In this document: positions 36,915 through 46,157 of the stretch, piece after piece
How the letters are laid out: every line of letters begins with the position of its first letter
How positions within the stretch are numbered: the stretch's first letter is position 1
Assembly (NCBI GenBank): GCA_037481775.1
Contig: JBBFKZ010000001.1
Span: forward strand, 1 to 64,000
Reading direction: 5' to 3'
DNA length: 64,000 nt
Origin: Candidatus Bathyarchaeia archaeon
Lineage (GTDB): Archaea; Thermoproteota; Bathyarchaeia; Bathyarchaeales; Bathycorpusculaceae
Position numbers and translations under genes: made by a program
The notes under the pieces: generated by a model
What the model was told of the DNA's origin: nothing
Database searches by the model: none
The model's input: only the letters and a program-made list of their open reading frames with translations

Positions 36915-39900
36915 ATGGATAAAGGGCTTGTCGCAATGGCTGTTGCATGCATTGCGATATTGGCATTTTTTATAGGCTATCAGATCTCCATAAGCGGTTC
37001 TCCAAAAGAGGCAACGACAGACGGTGCTGCTGATTGGGATCCTTCCATTACAGTTGAGTTAACACTGAAGGGCGATTCGATAGAAGTCAGCAACTCAAAG
37101 CCAGTATCTGTCAACGGCAGCAAAGCGACAATACTGTTTGGAGGCACATACAAAATAACTGGCACATTAAATGACGGCAGGATAATTGTGTATACAAACG
37201 ACAAGGACCCTGTTAAGCTCATTCTAAACGGAGTCCACATTCGCTGCTCAACGGGCTCGCCGATCAGTATCATGAATGCAGAAGAAACTTTTATAATTTT
37301 AGCCGAGGGCACCGAGAATTTCGTTGAAGATTCAGCCGAGTACATTTTTGATGACCCCGCCAAGAATGAGCCGGATGCTGCCATCTTCTGCAAATCTAAC
37401 CTCACCATAATGGGCGAAGGCGTGCTTAATGTAAAGGGAAATTATAACGATGGCATAACCAGCAAAGACGGCTTAATCATCCAAAGCGGAACCATCAATG
37501 TGAAGTCAGTTGACGACGGCATCAGAGGCAGAGACTTAATTACAGTCAAAAGCGGCGTTTTAAATCTGGAAGTCGGCGGCGACGGTTTGAAATCAGATAA
37601 CCCTGAGAACACAACGCTGGGCAATATTTTTGTCGAGAACGGAACGATCAACATTGTTTCAGGAGGCGATGCATTCCAAGCTGAAAAGAAAGTTTTGATC
37701 AATGGCGGAAGTTTTAACTTGAAAGCCGGTGGAGAAAGCAGCAGCACTGCAGCAAGCAATGTTTCAGCTAAAGGCATCAAGGCACTCGACCGTGTAGCAA
37801 TTGAAGGCGGCGTATTTGAGATTTATTCAGCAGACGACGCACTACATTCGAATGGAACAGTAACAGTCAACGGCGGATCACTGAATCTTTCATCAGCTGA
37901 CGATGCCATTCACGCAGGCAACTTGGTGGAAATAACAGGCGGGAACATTAACATCGCAAGATCCTTTGAGGGCATAGAAAGTGCCACCGTCAAGATAAAT
38001 GGCGGAGCCATACGCATCATCTCATCTAATGATGGAATAAATGCTGTTTTGAATGGACAGAATCCTGACTCTGGAGACGTCATTATTCTAAACGGATTCA
38101 TAGAAATTAAAGCAGATGGCGATGGCATACAGGCTGATAGAAACGTCACAATAGCTGGCGGTGATTTTGTTTTCACCACGGGAGGAGGAGGCGGCAAAAC
38201 TGTGGCGGCTAACGCTTCTGCGAAAGGAGTAAAAGGTGTTGCCGGCATCTCGATTAAGGGCGGAAAATTCACGATTAGTTCAGCTGATGATACTATTCAT
38301 TCAAATGGCGCGATAACAGTGAACGCGGGAACCCTTGCTCTTTCATCCAGCGACGACGCAATTCACGCTGAGGGGTCAATAGAGATTAACGGTGGCATCA
38401 TCAAAATTGCGCAAGCTTTTGAGGGTATAGAAGGCGAAATAATAACAGTTAATGGCGGCGAAATAAGCATAGTCTCAAGCGACGATGGCATAGATGCTAA
38501 AGGGAGCCTAACAATTACGCAGGGAACAATAGACATTCAGTCTGGCGGAGACGCAATGCAAGCGAGCACAGATGTTTTGATTTCTGGTGGAAACTTTAAC
38601 TTCACCTCAGCTGGAGGCAGCCTCAGCATCATAGGCAGAAATGATTCAGCCAAGGGCATAAAGGCGGATGTCAGCCTGACTATAAATGGAGGAACATTCA
38701 GGATTGATTCAGCTGATGATGCCATCCATTCAGATGGAAAAGTAACAATAACCGGCGGATCACTCACCCTTTTAACAGGAGATGATACTATCCATGGAGG
38801 AGGCTCGGTGGCAGTTACTGGTGGAGATATTAAAATTATAAATGCTCCAGGAGATCTCGGCAACGACCCGTGGGATAGCTCCACCATTGTCGACGTATGG
38901 CTTAAAGGCAATTCGATTGAAGCCAGTGCTTCTCGCCCGGCATACATCAGTGGCAACAAAGTGATGATCAGATCCGCGGGCACATACAGAATAGCTGGCA
39001 CTTTAAATGAGGGACAAATAATCGTGAATACAAAAGATTCAGGAGCAGTAAAGCTAATTTTAAATGGTGCACAAATTAGTTGCTCCAATAACGCGCCGAT
39101 CTGTGTTTTAGACGCGAGCGAAGTTATTCTTCATCTGGAAGCTGGAACGGAAAATGCCGTAACAGATGGTGCGGTATATGTTTTTGCGAGCCCAAACGCG
39201 GATGAACCGAACGCAGCAGTTTTCAGCCGCACGGCCATGAAGATTACGGGCAGCGGGTTGCTAAGAGTCACGGGCAGATATAATGATGGCATAGCAAGCA
39301 AAGGTGGACTGATAATAGAAAATGGCATGATTGCCGTTAATTCGGTTGACGATGGAATTCGAGGCAAAGATTACCTAATTATCAAGGGCGGTAAGCTCAC
39401 TGTAAATGCTGGCGGCGATGGGCTGAAAGCAGATAATACTCTGAACGCATCGTTGGGATATGTGAGGATTGAAAATGGATCGATCAACATTGTTGCTGGC
39501 GGCGAAGCAGTTCAAGCAGAAACCAATGTTTTGATCACCGGCGGAAACTTCGATTTAACATGTGGTGGGGGAAGCACTGTGACGGTGGCCGCAGGCGCTT
39601 CTGCCAAGGGCATCAAAGGAAAAGGGAGCATTGTCATCAGCGTCGGCTTCTTTGCCATTAATTCGGCTGATGACGCGGTTCACTCAGATGACGCCATAAC
39701 GGTGAACGGCGGATCTTTTGTGATTTCAACGGCAGATGACGGCATTCACGCTGAAACTTCAATTACCATTAACAATGGTGAGATCAACATAACTAATTCT
39801 TACGAAGGTATTGAAGCACCAGTCATAACAATTAATGGCGGAACCATACATGTCATCTCAAGAGATGACGGCATAAACCTAGGTATTGACTCCGGCGCTA

Positions 39901-40487
39901 TTTCTCCAGCAGGACAACCAGGCGCTAGATTCTCCATTTACTCAGGGGACTACTACTTGTACATTAACGGCGGCTACATTTATGTTAACGCCTTAGGGGA
40001 TGGCATTGACTCGAACGGTGCGGTCGTGATGAATGGCGGCTTTGTAATTGTGGACGGCCCATCCTCCGACATGAATTCTGCCCTGGATCATGTCGCTTTT
40101 AACATGACCAAAGGCTATTTGGTGGCGGTAGGAAGCGCGGGTATGGCTCTGCCGCTTGGAGACTTGTCCGCGCAATACTCAGTGATGCTGAATTTCCGAA
40201 CAGTAAACCAAGCAGGCACCTTGATTTGTGTTCGAGCAAGCAATGGCACAGAATTGTTCACCTTCAGACCTACAAGGCAGTACCAGTCAATCGTCTTTTC
40301 CACGCCTGAACTTTCACTGGGTTCTACGTATGACGTTTACATTGGCGGCAGCCACACAGGCACGCTCAAAGACGGCCTCTACTCTGGAGGAACATACATT
40401 CCTGGAACAAAATACACAAGCTTCACGATCACCGCTAAAGTAACGCAAATTGGCTCCTCAGGGTGGTTTTTCCCTTTTCCAAGATGA
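36915..40487 (+). CDS. Large membrane-anchored beta-helix protein with two Cthe_2159-like (DUF4353) modules
   Basis: N-terminal TM; two GTYxIxGTLxxGxIIV...LILNG...EPxAA...YNDGIxSK modules; repeated SADDAIHS/EGIE/DDGI units. Confidence 0.9.
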   Translation: MDKGLVAMAVACIAILAFFIGYQISISGSPKEATTDGAADWDPSITVELTLKGDSIEVSNSKPVSVNGSKATILFGGTYKITGTLNDGRIIVYTNDKDPVKLILNGVHIRCSTGSPISIMNAEETFIILAEGTENFVEDSAEYIFDDPAKNEPDAAIFCKSNLTIMGEGVLNVKGNYNDGITSKDGLIIQSGTINVKSVDDGIRGRDLITVKSGVLNLEVGGDGLKSDNPENTTLGNIFVENGTINIVSGGDAFQAEKKVLINGGSFNLKAGGESSSTAASNVSAKGIKALDRVAIEGGVFEIYSADDALHSNGTVTVNGGSLNLSSADDAIHAGNLVEITGGNINIARSFEGIESATVKINGGAIRIISSNDGINAVLNGQNPDSGDVIILNGFIEIKADGDGIQADRNVTIAGGDFVFTTGGGGGKTVAANASAKGVKGVAGISIKGGKFTISSADDTIHSNGAITVNAGTLALSSSDDAIHAEGSIEINGGIIKIAQAFEGIEGEIITVNGGEISIVSSDDGIDAKGSLTITQGTIDIQSGGDAMQASTDVLISGGNFNFTSAGGSLSIIGRNDSAKGIKADVSLTINGGTFRIDSADDAIHSDGKVTITGGSLTLLTGDDTIHGGGSVAVTGGDIKIINAPGDLGNDPWDSSTIVDVWLKGNSIEASASRPAYISGNKVMIRSAGTYRIAGTLNEGQIIVNTKDSGAVKLILNGAQISCSNNAPICVLDASEVILHLEAGTENAVTDGAVYVFASPNADEPNAAVFSRTAMKITGSGLLRVTGRYNDGIASKGGLIIENGMIAVNSVDDGIRGKDYLIIKGGKLTVNAGGDGLKADNTLNASLGYVRIENGSINIVAGGEAVQAETNVLITGGNFDLTCGGGSTVTVAAGASAKGIKGKGSIVISVGFFAINSADDAVHSDDAITVNGGSFVISTADDGIHAETSITINNGEINITNSYEGIEAPVITINGGTIHVISRDDGINLGIDSGAISPAGQPGARFSIYSGDYYLYINGGYIYVNALGDGIDSNGAVVMNGGFVIVDGPSSDMNSALDHVAFNMTKGYLVAVGSAGMALPLGDLSAQYSVMLNFRTVNQAGTLICVRASNGTELFTFRPTRQYQSIVFSTPELSLGSTYDVYIGGSHTGTLKDGLYSGGTYIPGTKYTSFTITAKVTQIGSSGWFFPFPR

Positions 40488-40685
40488 ACGCATTTGATAG
40501 AAGGCGCCGTTTCAGCTTATTTGAAACCTTGACGAAAGCCAATCTGCTTTTGAAATCGATATAAAAGGAAATTTGTTTCTAACAGGGAATTACGTGTTAT
40601 CCAAAGCCAAAAGTTAGTACTTGAAATGCTGCGCCTTCAGGTTCGGAAGTAGTCATAAGCGATAAAACTTGCGGGAGTTTAAGCC

Positions 40686-40913
40686 ATGTCAGAGGGTACA
40701 GGGTTGAGAACCCCTTTGAAACGGCTTCTTTCCTGGCTGCGGCACAGCGAGGACTCTTACAGGTGCAAGCGATGCGGTTGCGTTTCCCCCAAGAAGGGCG
40801 CTCGAATCAGCGGTTGGTGCGATCATCCTTATGGCTTCCACGTACACTGTCCCCGCTGCGGCGCCGTTATTGACCAATGCGTCAAGAAGCAGGCCGGAGG
40901 AGAGATCGGTTAA
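40686..40913 (+). CDS. Small zinc-ribbon-like hypothetical protein
   Basis: CKRCG...HCPRCG; GGGAG SD upstream. Confidence 0.6.
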   Translation: MSEGTGLRTPLKRLLSWLRHSEDSYRCKRCGCVSPKKGARISGWCDHPYGFHVHCPRCGAVIDQCVKKQAGGEIG

Positions 40914-41086
40914 AACTTGTTTTCTCTGAGTTGGTGGACGTGTTCTGAGATCATTGTTGAGGGCTTTGGCGTATTCCATGAAGGCAGTGTGCATGACCTC
41001 GCTTTCACTGGTACCGAGCCTACGGGCTAGCCGCTTTAGGATCTGTCGCTGCTCCTTGCTGAGTATTACTTCAACAACTTCAGCAT
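40910..41086 (-). pseudogene. Decayed small ribbon-helix-helix (CopG-like) gene
   Basis: Frame reads VEVILSKEQRQILKRLARRLGTSESEVMHTAFMEYAKAL; nearest ATG (41086) and plausible end ISEHVHQLRENKF* are each one frameshift away. Confidence 0.55.
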
Positions 41087-41166
41087 AGAATAGCCGAGAT
41101 GGTGAATGCCATCTTGGATGAAATCACAGCGGTAAGAAATGGCACTCGCGCCCAAGGCTTTGGCAG

Positions 41167-41245
41167 TGGTGGGGTAGCTGGGATTTGAACCCAGGATCGC
41201 CAACGCCCCAGGCTGGTATCCTAAACCAAGCTAGACGACTACCCC
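41167..41245 (-). tRNA. tRNA-Pro (anticodon GGG), CCA encoded, no intron
   Basis: GGGGTAG/CTACCCC acceptor, CCAGC-CTGGGGC-GTTGG anticodon arm, GGTTCAAATCC T arm, 3' ACCA. Confidence 0.97.
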
Positions 41246-41396
41246 GCTACTGGAAGGTAAAATTATTACGCCACTAATAAAACTTAAAGGTTCTGCGACG
41301 GCAAAGCGCTCCGATAAAAGTTTCTGGCAAGCGAACTGGTAATTCTGATTTTGAATTCATAAATGATATGCATCAAGTTACGCCTAAACGTTCGCT

Positions 41397-41804
41397 ATGC
41401 CTCCTCTTAACGCAAAAAAAGCTCTGCTGGCATCCTTTTCCAACGTGACTTTGCTATGCATAGCGGTTGCGGTTTCTTTAGCCACCTTGGCTTGGATAAA
41501 CGGCTTGCCAACAGCTAATCTGTTCCGTGAGAATCTGCAAGTTACGGATTATCTATGGGGCACAAACTATGCATACGTTGACGTTATATTATGCAACAAT
41601 GGCACGCAAAGTGTGTCGCTGAGAAATGTGAAAGTAAACGCGCAGCCCGCCTCGGTGGTTTATATCGCTGGATCAAGCCAAATTCGAGCAGGCGAATCAG
41701 TTGTTCTGCGAGTAGCCACTGCTTCTGCTCCAGCAATAACGTGTCAAATAGCTTTTCAGACAACGAAAGGCAACCTGTTTGTTTTCACAGTCACCGCAGA
41801 ATAA
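41397..41804 (+). CDS. Pilin-like exported protein
   Basis: KKA followed by a hydrophobic helix ending AWINGL (class III signal-like); beta-rich domain ending QTTKGNLF. Confidence 0.6.
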   Translation: MPPLNAKKALLASFSNVTLLCIAVAVSLATLAWINGLPTANLFRENLQVTDYLWGTNYAYVDVILCNNGTQSVSLRNVKVNAQPASVVYIAGSSQIRAGESVVLRVATASAPAITCQIAFQTTKGNLFVFTVTAE

Positions 41805-41922
41805 CAAGCCATTTACCTTCAAAATAACCACGGTAACAGCCGTTGAGCCTTTAAGCAAATCTGCGTAAGTAATTCTTAATTACTTCATGTGTGTCTCATA
41901 GCACTGAACGGAGGAATCGACT

Positions 41923-42990
41923 ATGGTGGAATTAGACTTTGGTGGCATAAAAGAATACGTTGTCACAAGGCAAGAGTTTCCAGTAGAAAAAGCCCGAGAA
42001 ATATTGAAAGACGAAATTGTCGTTTCACTTGGATATGGCATTCAAGGCCGCGCTCAATCGTTAAACATGCGTGACAATGGCATAAAGGTGATTATTGGGC
42101 AGGAAAGCACAGGCGTGCATAAAGCATACTACGACTTGGCAGTTCAGGATGGCTGGTTGCCGGGAGAAAACTTGCTCCCCATGGAGGAAGCGGCAAAACG
42201 TGGAACAATCAAGATGTACCTGTTAACCGATGCGGGCCAGCGGGAAATGTGGCCTGTCATCAAGAGAACATTGAAAGAAGGCGACGCGCTTTACTTTTCA
42301 CATGGCTTCTCAATAGTTTACAAGGAGCAAACAGGAGTCATTCCGCCTAAGAATATAGATGTAATATTAGTTGCGCCGAAGGGATCAGGAACATCTGTTA
42401 GACGCAATTTCTTAGATGGAAGCGGCATAAACAGCAGTTACGCCGTTTACCAAGATTATACGGGCAGAGCAGAAGATCGCGCTAAAGCCATCGGCATAGC
42501 CATCGGCTCAGGATACCTTTTCCCTACCACGTTCGAGAAAGAAGTTTACAGCGACTTGACTGGTGAACGTGGTGTTTTGATGGGCGCGTTAGCTGGAATA
42601 ATGGAAGCACAATACTACACGCTAAGAAAGCATGGACATAGCCCAAGTGAAGCCTTCAACGAAACCGTGGAGGAACTTACACAGAGCCTTATACGCCTAG
42701 TTGACGAGAACGGCATGGACTGGATGTACGCCAACTGCAGCGAAACTGCACGCATCGGCGCACTACGATGGAAGGAAAGATTCCGCGATTGCACTAAGCC
42801 ATTGTTTGAATCGCTTTACGAGCTTGTAGCCTCAGGCGAAGAGACAAGAATTGTTCTTGAAAAAAGCCAAGCCCCAGATTACAGGCAGAAACTTGCCGAA
42901 GAATTGGCAGCGATGGGTAATTCTGAGATGTGGCGTGCAGGCGCAACAGTGCGCTCGTTGAGACCGAAAAAGCCTAAGCCACAAGAGTAA
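41923..42990 (+). CDS. ilvC: Ketol-acid reductoisomerase
   Basis: GYGIQGRAQSLNMRDNG, FSHGF, VAPKGSG, EVYSDLTGERGVLMG and EAFNETVEE. Confidence 0.96.
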   Translation: MVELDFGGIKEYVVTRQEFPVEKAREILKDEIVVSLGYGIQGRAQSLNMRDNGIKVIIGQESTGVHKAYYDLAVQDGWLPGENLLPMEEAAKRGTIKMYLLTDAGQREMWPVIKRTLKEGDALYFSHGFSIVYKEQTGVIPPKNIDVILVAPKGSGTSVRRNFLDGSGINSSYAVYQDYTGRAEDRAKAIGIAIGSGYLFPTTFEKEVYSDLTGERGVLMGALAGIMEAQYYTLRKHGHSPSEAFNETVEELTQSLIRLVDENGMDWMYANCSETARIGALRWKERFRDCTKPLFESLYELVASGEETRIVLEKSQAPDYRQKLAEELAAMGNSEMWRAGATVRSLRPKKPKPQE

Positions 42991-43117
42991 AACATCATTT
43001 TCTTTTTTTATCCCCCTTTTGTGAAGTGCTACTGCCAAGTTTTAACTGTATTAAAGGATTATTTTAATCAACTATTCTTTACAGATGCTAAAAGCTGAGC
43101 TTAAAAGAGAAAAACAG

Positions 43118-43312
43118 TTAGAGCTCTTTTATTTCACATTTAAGCTTTTTAATAATTTCCTCTGCTTTTAGAGGCTCCACCCTCAGAGTGTAAAGCTTAC
43201 TTGGTGTGCGGAGTTTAAGCTTCACAGCATCCTTAAGCCGTTTAACGGCGCAATATTTTGCTTTGGCACTCATCGCCACAAATTTTTCTGCATCGGAGAT
43301 TTCGGCGGGCAT
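43118..43312 (-). CDS. rpl38e: 50S ribosomal protein eL38 (L38e)
   Basis: 64 aa basic protein with MPAEI...F...VKLKLRTPSKLYTL signature. Confidence 0.85.
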   Translation of the reverse strand: MPAEISDAEKFVAMSAKAKYCAVKRLKDAVKLKLRTPSKLYTLRVEPLKAEEIIKKLKCEIKEL

Positions 43313-43454
43313 ATGCTAACCTCACATCAGACGCTTTCATGGAAAGCTAAGCGACTTTTATCTGTTTTGGTATCAAATAGTTATTTCAGCAAAATAGCGC
43401 ACACAGCGTTAATAGGGGCAATTATAAGGCAAAGTTAATCCGAAAACTGGCTTT

Positions 43455-43889
43455 TCACCTTTTTATTTTTCCGACCTCTAATGTTTCATAAGATTTTTTG
43501 ATTTTCCGAATTGGCACTTCACGGTTCACATAAAGCGTGTCTTTAACGAAAAGTACAGAGGTCGGGGTTAAACCGCGAATTCTTGCGTTTTGATAGGCAA
43601 AGATAATGTTGCCGCCTAAATCAATGATGCAGCTGTCATCGTTAGCTTCAACCCAACATTTATAGACCCATATGGTGCAAGCATCATCAGCTTCAACTAT
43701 GCAGCCGACTAAATGCCTTTCTTCTTTTCCTTTGACAATAATCCGTGGAATTTTCGGGTTAGCCTTTACGCGCTCTTTCGAGACGAAACAGGCGCCATGC
43801 CACAAAACTCCACGCTCGTCAACTACCGCATAGTTTTTTTCATCGTTTAGGATAGGTTTTCCGCATGGGCATACATCAGTTTTATCCAT
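43455..43889 (-). CDS. Hypothetical protein with N-terminal Cys/His putative zinc site
   Basis: CPCGKPI...WHGAC; ATG 43889 downstream of a TATA and the phased repeats. Confidence 0.6.
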   Translation of the reverse strand: MDKTDVCPCGKPILNDEKNYAVVDERGVLWHGACFVSKERVKANPKIPRIIVKGKEERHLVGCIVEADDACTIWVYKCWVEANDDSCIIDLGGNIIFAYQNARIRGLTPTSVLFVKDTLYVNREVPIRKIKKSYETLEVGKIKR

Positions 43890-43958
43890 ACGGACTAATC
43901 CTTTCAAAGTGTTTTTACGTATGAGACTCAAATTTTGTTTTAAACTTGCAGACAAAGG

Positions 43959-44002
43959 TTAAATGGATTTTTCAGAATTGCTTCACATTTACACCCAAAT
44001 TT
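43959..44002 (-). promoter_or_regulatory. Promoter with three 11-bp-phased direct repeats
   Basis: Minus strand AAATTTGGGTG TAAATGTGAAG CAATTCTGAAA AATCCATTTAA. Confidence 0.5.
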
Positions 44003-44137
44003 TAGTCTCTTTCAAATAATCCAAAGCTCGTCTTTTGAGGTCTTGTCAGTTGCATTGTTAGTTTAAACTTCAAGCTGAGCAAAACTGCCTTGAACTTGCC
44101 AATGAAATGGCGTGGATTTAAAAAGCAATTATGTTAA

Positions 44138-45367
44138 CTATGGTCTTGCAGCCAACTTAAGCGGCACAGTCAAACTTTGGCTACCGCGAACTATTATGAC
44201 GTTAATGGTTTCACCTGGCAAAGTATATTCCTCTAAGAAGGTTGAAAGATCATCTATACCCCTGATTCTCGTCCCGTTTATTGCTACTATTATGTCGCCT
44301 CCAATCGTCACGTATTCACCAGCAACTGAAACGATGCGCGTTCCACCATGCAAGCCTGCTTCGGCAGCGGGGCCTGTGCTTGCAACCTGGGCAATCAGCC
44401 AACCATATGTCACGTCAACGCCCATCACCTTCGCTATTTCATAAGTCATATCAGTTCCTGAAGCACCAATCCATGAATGGTTATTGTAAGAGCCAGTCTC
44501 AACCAGAGAATCAAGTTCGCGGAGCACCGTACTTGAGGGAATCGCGAAGCCTAATCCTTCAGAATCACTTAAAATGGCAGTGGTTATGCCGACTACTTGG
44601 CCTTGATAGTTTAGAAGCGGCCCGCCTGAATTACCAGGATTTATGGGCGCAGTCATCTGTATTACGTTTGCTATGGGATAACCACCAGACATTTCTTCAG
44701 TAATCGTTCTACCTAACGCGCTAACTATGCCGGTGCTCATAGAACCCGCTAGCCCATAAGGGTTGCCGACGGCTATTACTGGGTCGCCAACATTTAATGA
44801 CGCTGAACTGACAATCGTTAAAGGTTTGCATTCGCTTTCTGGCGCGCTTGTCAGAAGCACTGCTAGATCAGCGTAAGGATCAGATCCGATGACGGTGGCG
44901 TTATAACTGTTGCCGTTTATGAAAGTTACAGTGATATTAATCGCGTCTTGGACTACATGATAATTTGTAATGACGATTATCTGTCCTGAATGATTGTAGA
45001 TGAAGCCGGAGCCTTGAACTTGCGAGTAATAGGCATGACGGAAAATGTCATACTGCACCAGCAACCCGCGAATTACAACAACTGAATCCCGCACTTCAGT
45101 GTATAATCTCGAAAGCGATGTGTTCTCGCCAATTATGAAAGTGTTACCCCCGCTTGTCGTGTTTGATATGTCGAGAGAAGTTGAGATTTGCCTTTGAAGT
45201 GCCGAGACTTGATTTTGCAGATCATTTATGCTTGGAGACAGAATCAAGTTACTTAATGCACAGCCAAGTAAGCCGCCAGCTAAAAGGCTGCTGATTATGA
45301 TAACGGCAATAATCTTCGTGGAATAACGGGGTGTTTCAGTTTTCTGTTCAGTCGACATCGTCATCAT
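44138..45367 (-). CDS. Membrane-anchored HtrA-like serine protease with PDZ domain
   Basis: TNYHVV, DLAVL, INPGNSGGPL; PDZ with GDIIVAING. Confidence 0.94.
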   Translation of the reverse strand: MMTMSTEQKTETPRYSTKIIAVIIISSLLAGGLLGCALSNLILSPSINDLQNQVSALQRQISTSLDISNTTSGGNTFIIGENTSLSRLYTEVRDSVVVIRGLLVQYDIFRHAYYSQVQGSGFIYNHSGQIIVITNYHVVQDAINITVTFINGNSYNATVIGSDPYADLAVLLTSAPESECKPLTIVSSASLNVGDPVIAVGNPYGLAGSMSTGIVSALGRTITEEMSGGYPIANVIQMTAPINPGNSGGPLLNYQGQVVGITTAILSDSEGLGFAIPSSTVLRELDSLVETGSYNNHSWIGASGTDMTYEIAKVMGVDVTYGWLIAQVASTGPAAEAGLHGGTRIVSVAGEYVTIGGDIIVAINGTRIRGIDDLSTFLEEYTLPGETINVIIVRGSQSLTVPLKLAARP

Positions 45368-46157
45368 CTTGATACTTCAGTTTTTTCCTACAAGAGGGAC
45401 ATACGGTATCGCCAGCTTGAATTTTGCCGCCGCAGAAAGGGCACATAAGCTTCTTTTTCACTAAATGGAGACCTTGCTTCTCCTTTGTTATTTTTCCATC
45501 ATTCAAAAATAGCAACCGTTCAGTTTGAGAAGCCACGTGACTATCATGCGTCACCATTATGATGGTTGTTCCTTGATTAATATTGAGATTAGCAAGCAGC
45601 CTAACAATTTCATATTTGTTCTTGGCATCCAAATTTCCCGTGGGCTCATCCGCAAGAATCAAAGCAGGATTATTCGCCAATGCCCGTGCAATTGCTACTC
45701 GCTGTTGTTCACCAGCACTGAGACGCTGTGGCCTATGATCCTCTCTTCCAGAAAGACCAACCATCGCCAAAAGCTCACTAGCCCGCCGTTTTCTTTCATC
45801 TTTAGGCACTTTCAGGCTTTCCATAGGCAACTCCACATTTTCCCGCGCATTCAAATAAGGTAGCAAATTGAAAGTTTGGAAAACAAAGCCAATCTTGCTA
45901 CCGCGTATTTTGTAAAGCTCCTTCTCTGGCAAACGTGTAACGTCAATACCGTCAAGCAGAATGCGTCCTGCAGTGGGCTTGTCAAGACAGCCCAGGATGT
46001 TCAGCAGTGTCGTCTTTCCTGAGCCAGATGGTCCCATAACTGCAACAAACTCGCCTTTATTCACCTGGAGATTCACGTTGGAAAGAGCATGCACGCTGCG
46101 TTTGCCTAGCAGGTAAGTTTTGGATAAATTTTCAAGTTTTAATACCGCTTCATTCAT
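45348..46157 (-). CDS. ABC ATPase (LolD/MacB type) with C-terminal zinc ribbon
   Basis: [38 protein letters not shown]; CPFC...CPSC tail. Confidence 0.95.
   Translation of the reverse strand: MNEAVLKLENLSKTYLLGKRSVHALSNVNLQVNKGEFVAVMGPSGSGKTTLLNILGCLDKPTAGRILLDGIDVTRLPEKELYKIRGSKIGFVFQTFNLLPYLNARENVELPMESLKVPKDERKRRASELLAMVGLSGREDHRPQRLSAGEQQRVAIARALANNPALILADEPTGNLDAKNKYEIVRLLANLNINQGTTIIMVTHDSHVASQTERLLFLNDGKITKEKQGLHLVKKKLMCPFCGGKIQAGDTVCPSCRKKLKYQDDDDVD

Noticed and set aside
40689-40994. 101-aa minus-strand ORF
   Set aside because: It is the out-of-frame tail of the decayed RHH gene running antisense over the zinc-ribbon ORF
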